From assembly GCF_018350175.1 (NCBI RefSeq), contig NC_058368.1, forward strand, positions 210,988,001 through 211,052,000: DNA of 64,000 bases, given 5' to 3'. A model generated the notes under the pieces. It was not told the DNA's origin. It saw only the letters and a program-made list of their open reading frames with translations, and searched no databases. This DNA is from Felis catus. Lineage: Eukaryota. The position numbers were made by a program, and so were the translations under genes. Positions 63,341 to 64,000 of this stretch are shown here, one piece after another. Each line of letters begins with the position of its first letter. The first letter of the stretch is position 1.

Positions 63341-64000
63341 GTATGTATCTTTCTGAATACTTATTTCACCAACCTGAATTATATAGCTTTGCCACATTTG
63401 TAGTGCTTCCATTATTTCAAAGCCATTTTCCCAAAATGAATTTCTGGACTGCAGTTTGGACAAAAGTCCTAAGGGAATCATTGTAAATTTCACCTGAAAT
63501 TTGTCTGAAAATCTTATTGAATGTAGATGGCTGCCCTTTCTTATAGTTAACATTTTCCAATGTGCTTCTAATGGACCCATTTTTTCTTTTCAATAGTTTT
63601 GGGCATTCTCAAAGAGTACACAGGCTGTAGAGAAATAAAGGCACATAATTCTATTTACTATTCGGTATGAAATTGCTTGGTTTTATAGTTTGTGAGCGCG
63701 GTTCCCTTCCTGCACATTATTAAACACAGAGAGTCACCACCATATACAAACATATCTGCCATTAGCTTTTTTTCTGGAGCAACCTGATGTCTAGTTTAAA
63801 AATGAAAAGTCTAGAGTTCTGTGTGAACTAAAGGATGGCCAACATGAGAAGGAATTCTACAGAAAACAGATCCACAGTTCTGTATGGATTGGAAGGGGAA
63901 ACAATCCTACCTTCTCTCCTCAGTTTGAAACTTGTTACCTAAATGTAACTGATGTGATTATGCACAAAGAAAAGTGGCTCTTTTTAAAGTACCTTGCATC

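Overview
Mammalian genomic DNA, almost certainly felid, judged from about 26 tRNA-derived CanSINEs (several of the young cat type) and carnivore-type LINE-1. No host protein-coding gene can be recognised: every ORF-track entry with a recognisable protein is a decayed L1 ORF1/ORF2 piece, and the rest look like SINE/LTR noise. The main structure is a 10.3-kb minus-strand L1-in-L1 block (10606-20922) in which both elements keep full 5' ends and target-site duplications (TSDs) but both lack RT catalytic sequence. The outer copy has an ~1.8-kb internal ORF2 deletion. The inner 5-kb copy stops inside RT at an internal AATAAA and carries two successive A-tails separated by 14 non-L1 bases, which suggests a prematurely ended, non-autonomous L1 that was copied again. 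Also present: a young full-length polyadenylated U6 retrocopy with a perfect TSD, an ERV solo LTR inside a 5'-inverted L1 fragment, MaLR LTRs, MER DNA transposons, MIR/L2 relics, and a candidate CRE/ETS/X-box promoter near 46.0-46.9 kb. Repeat subfamily names are by-eye recognition, not database hits.
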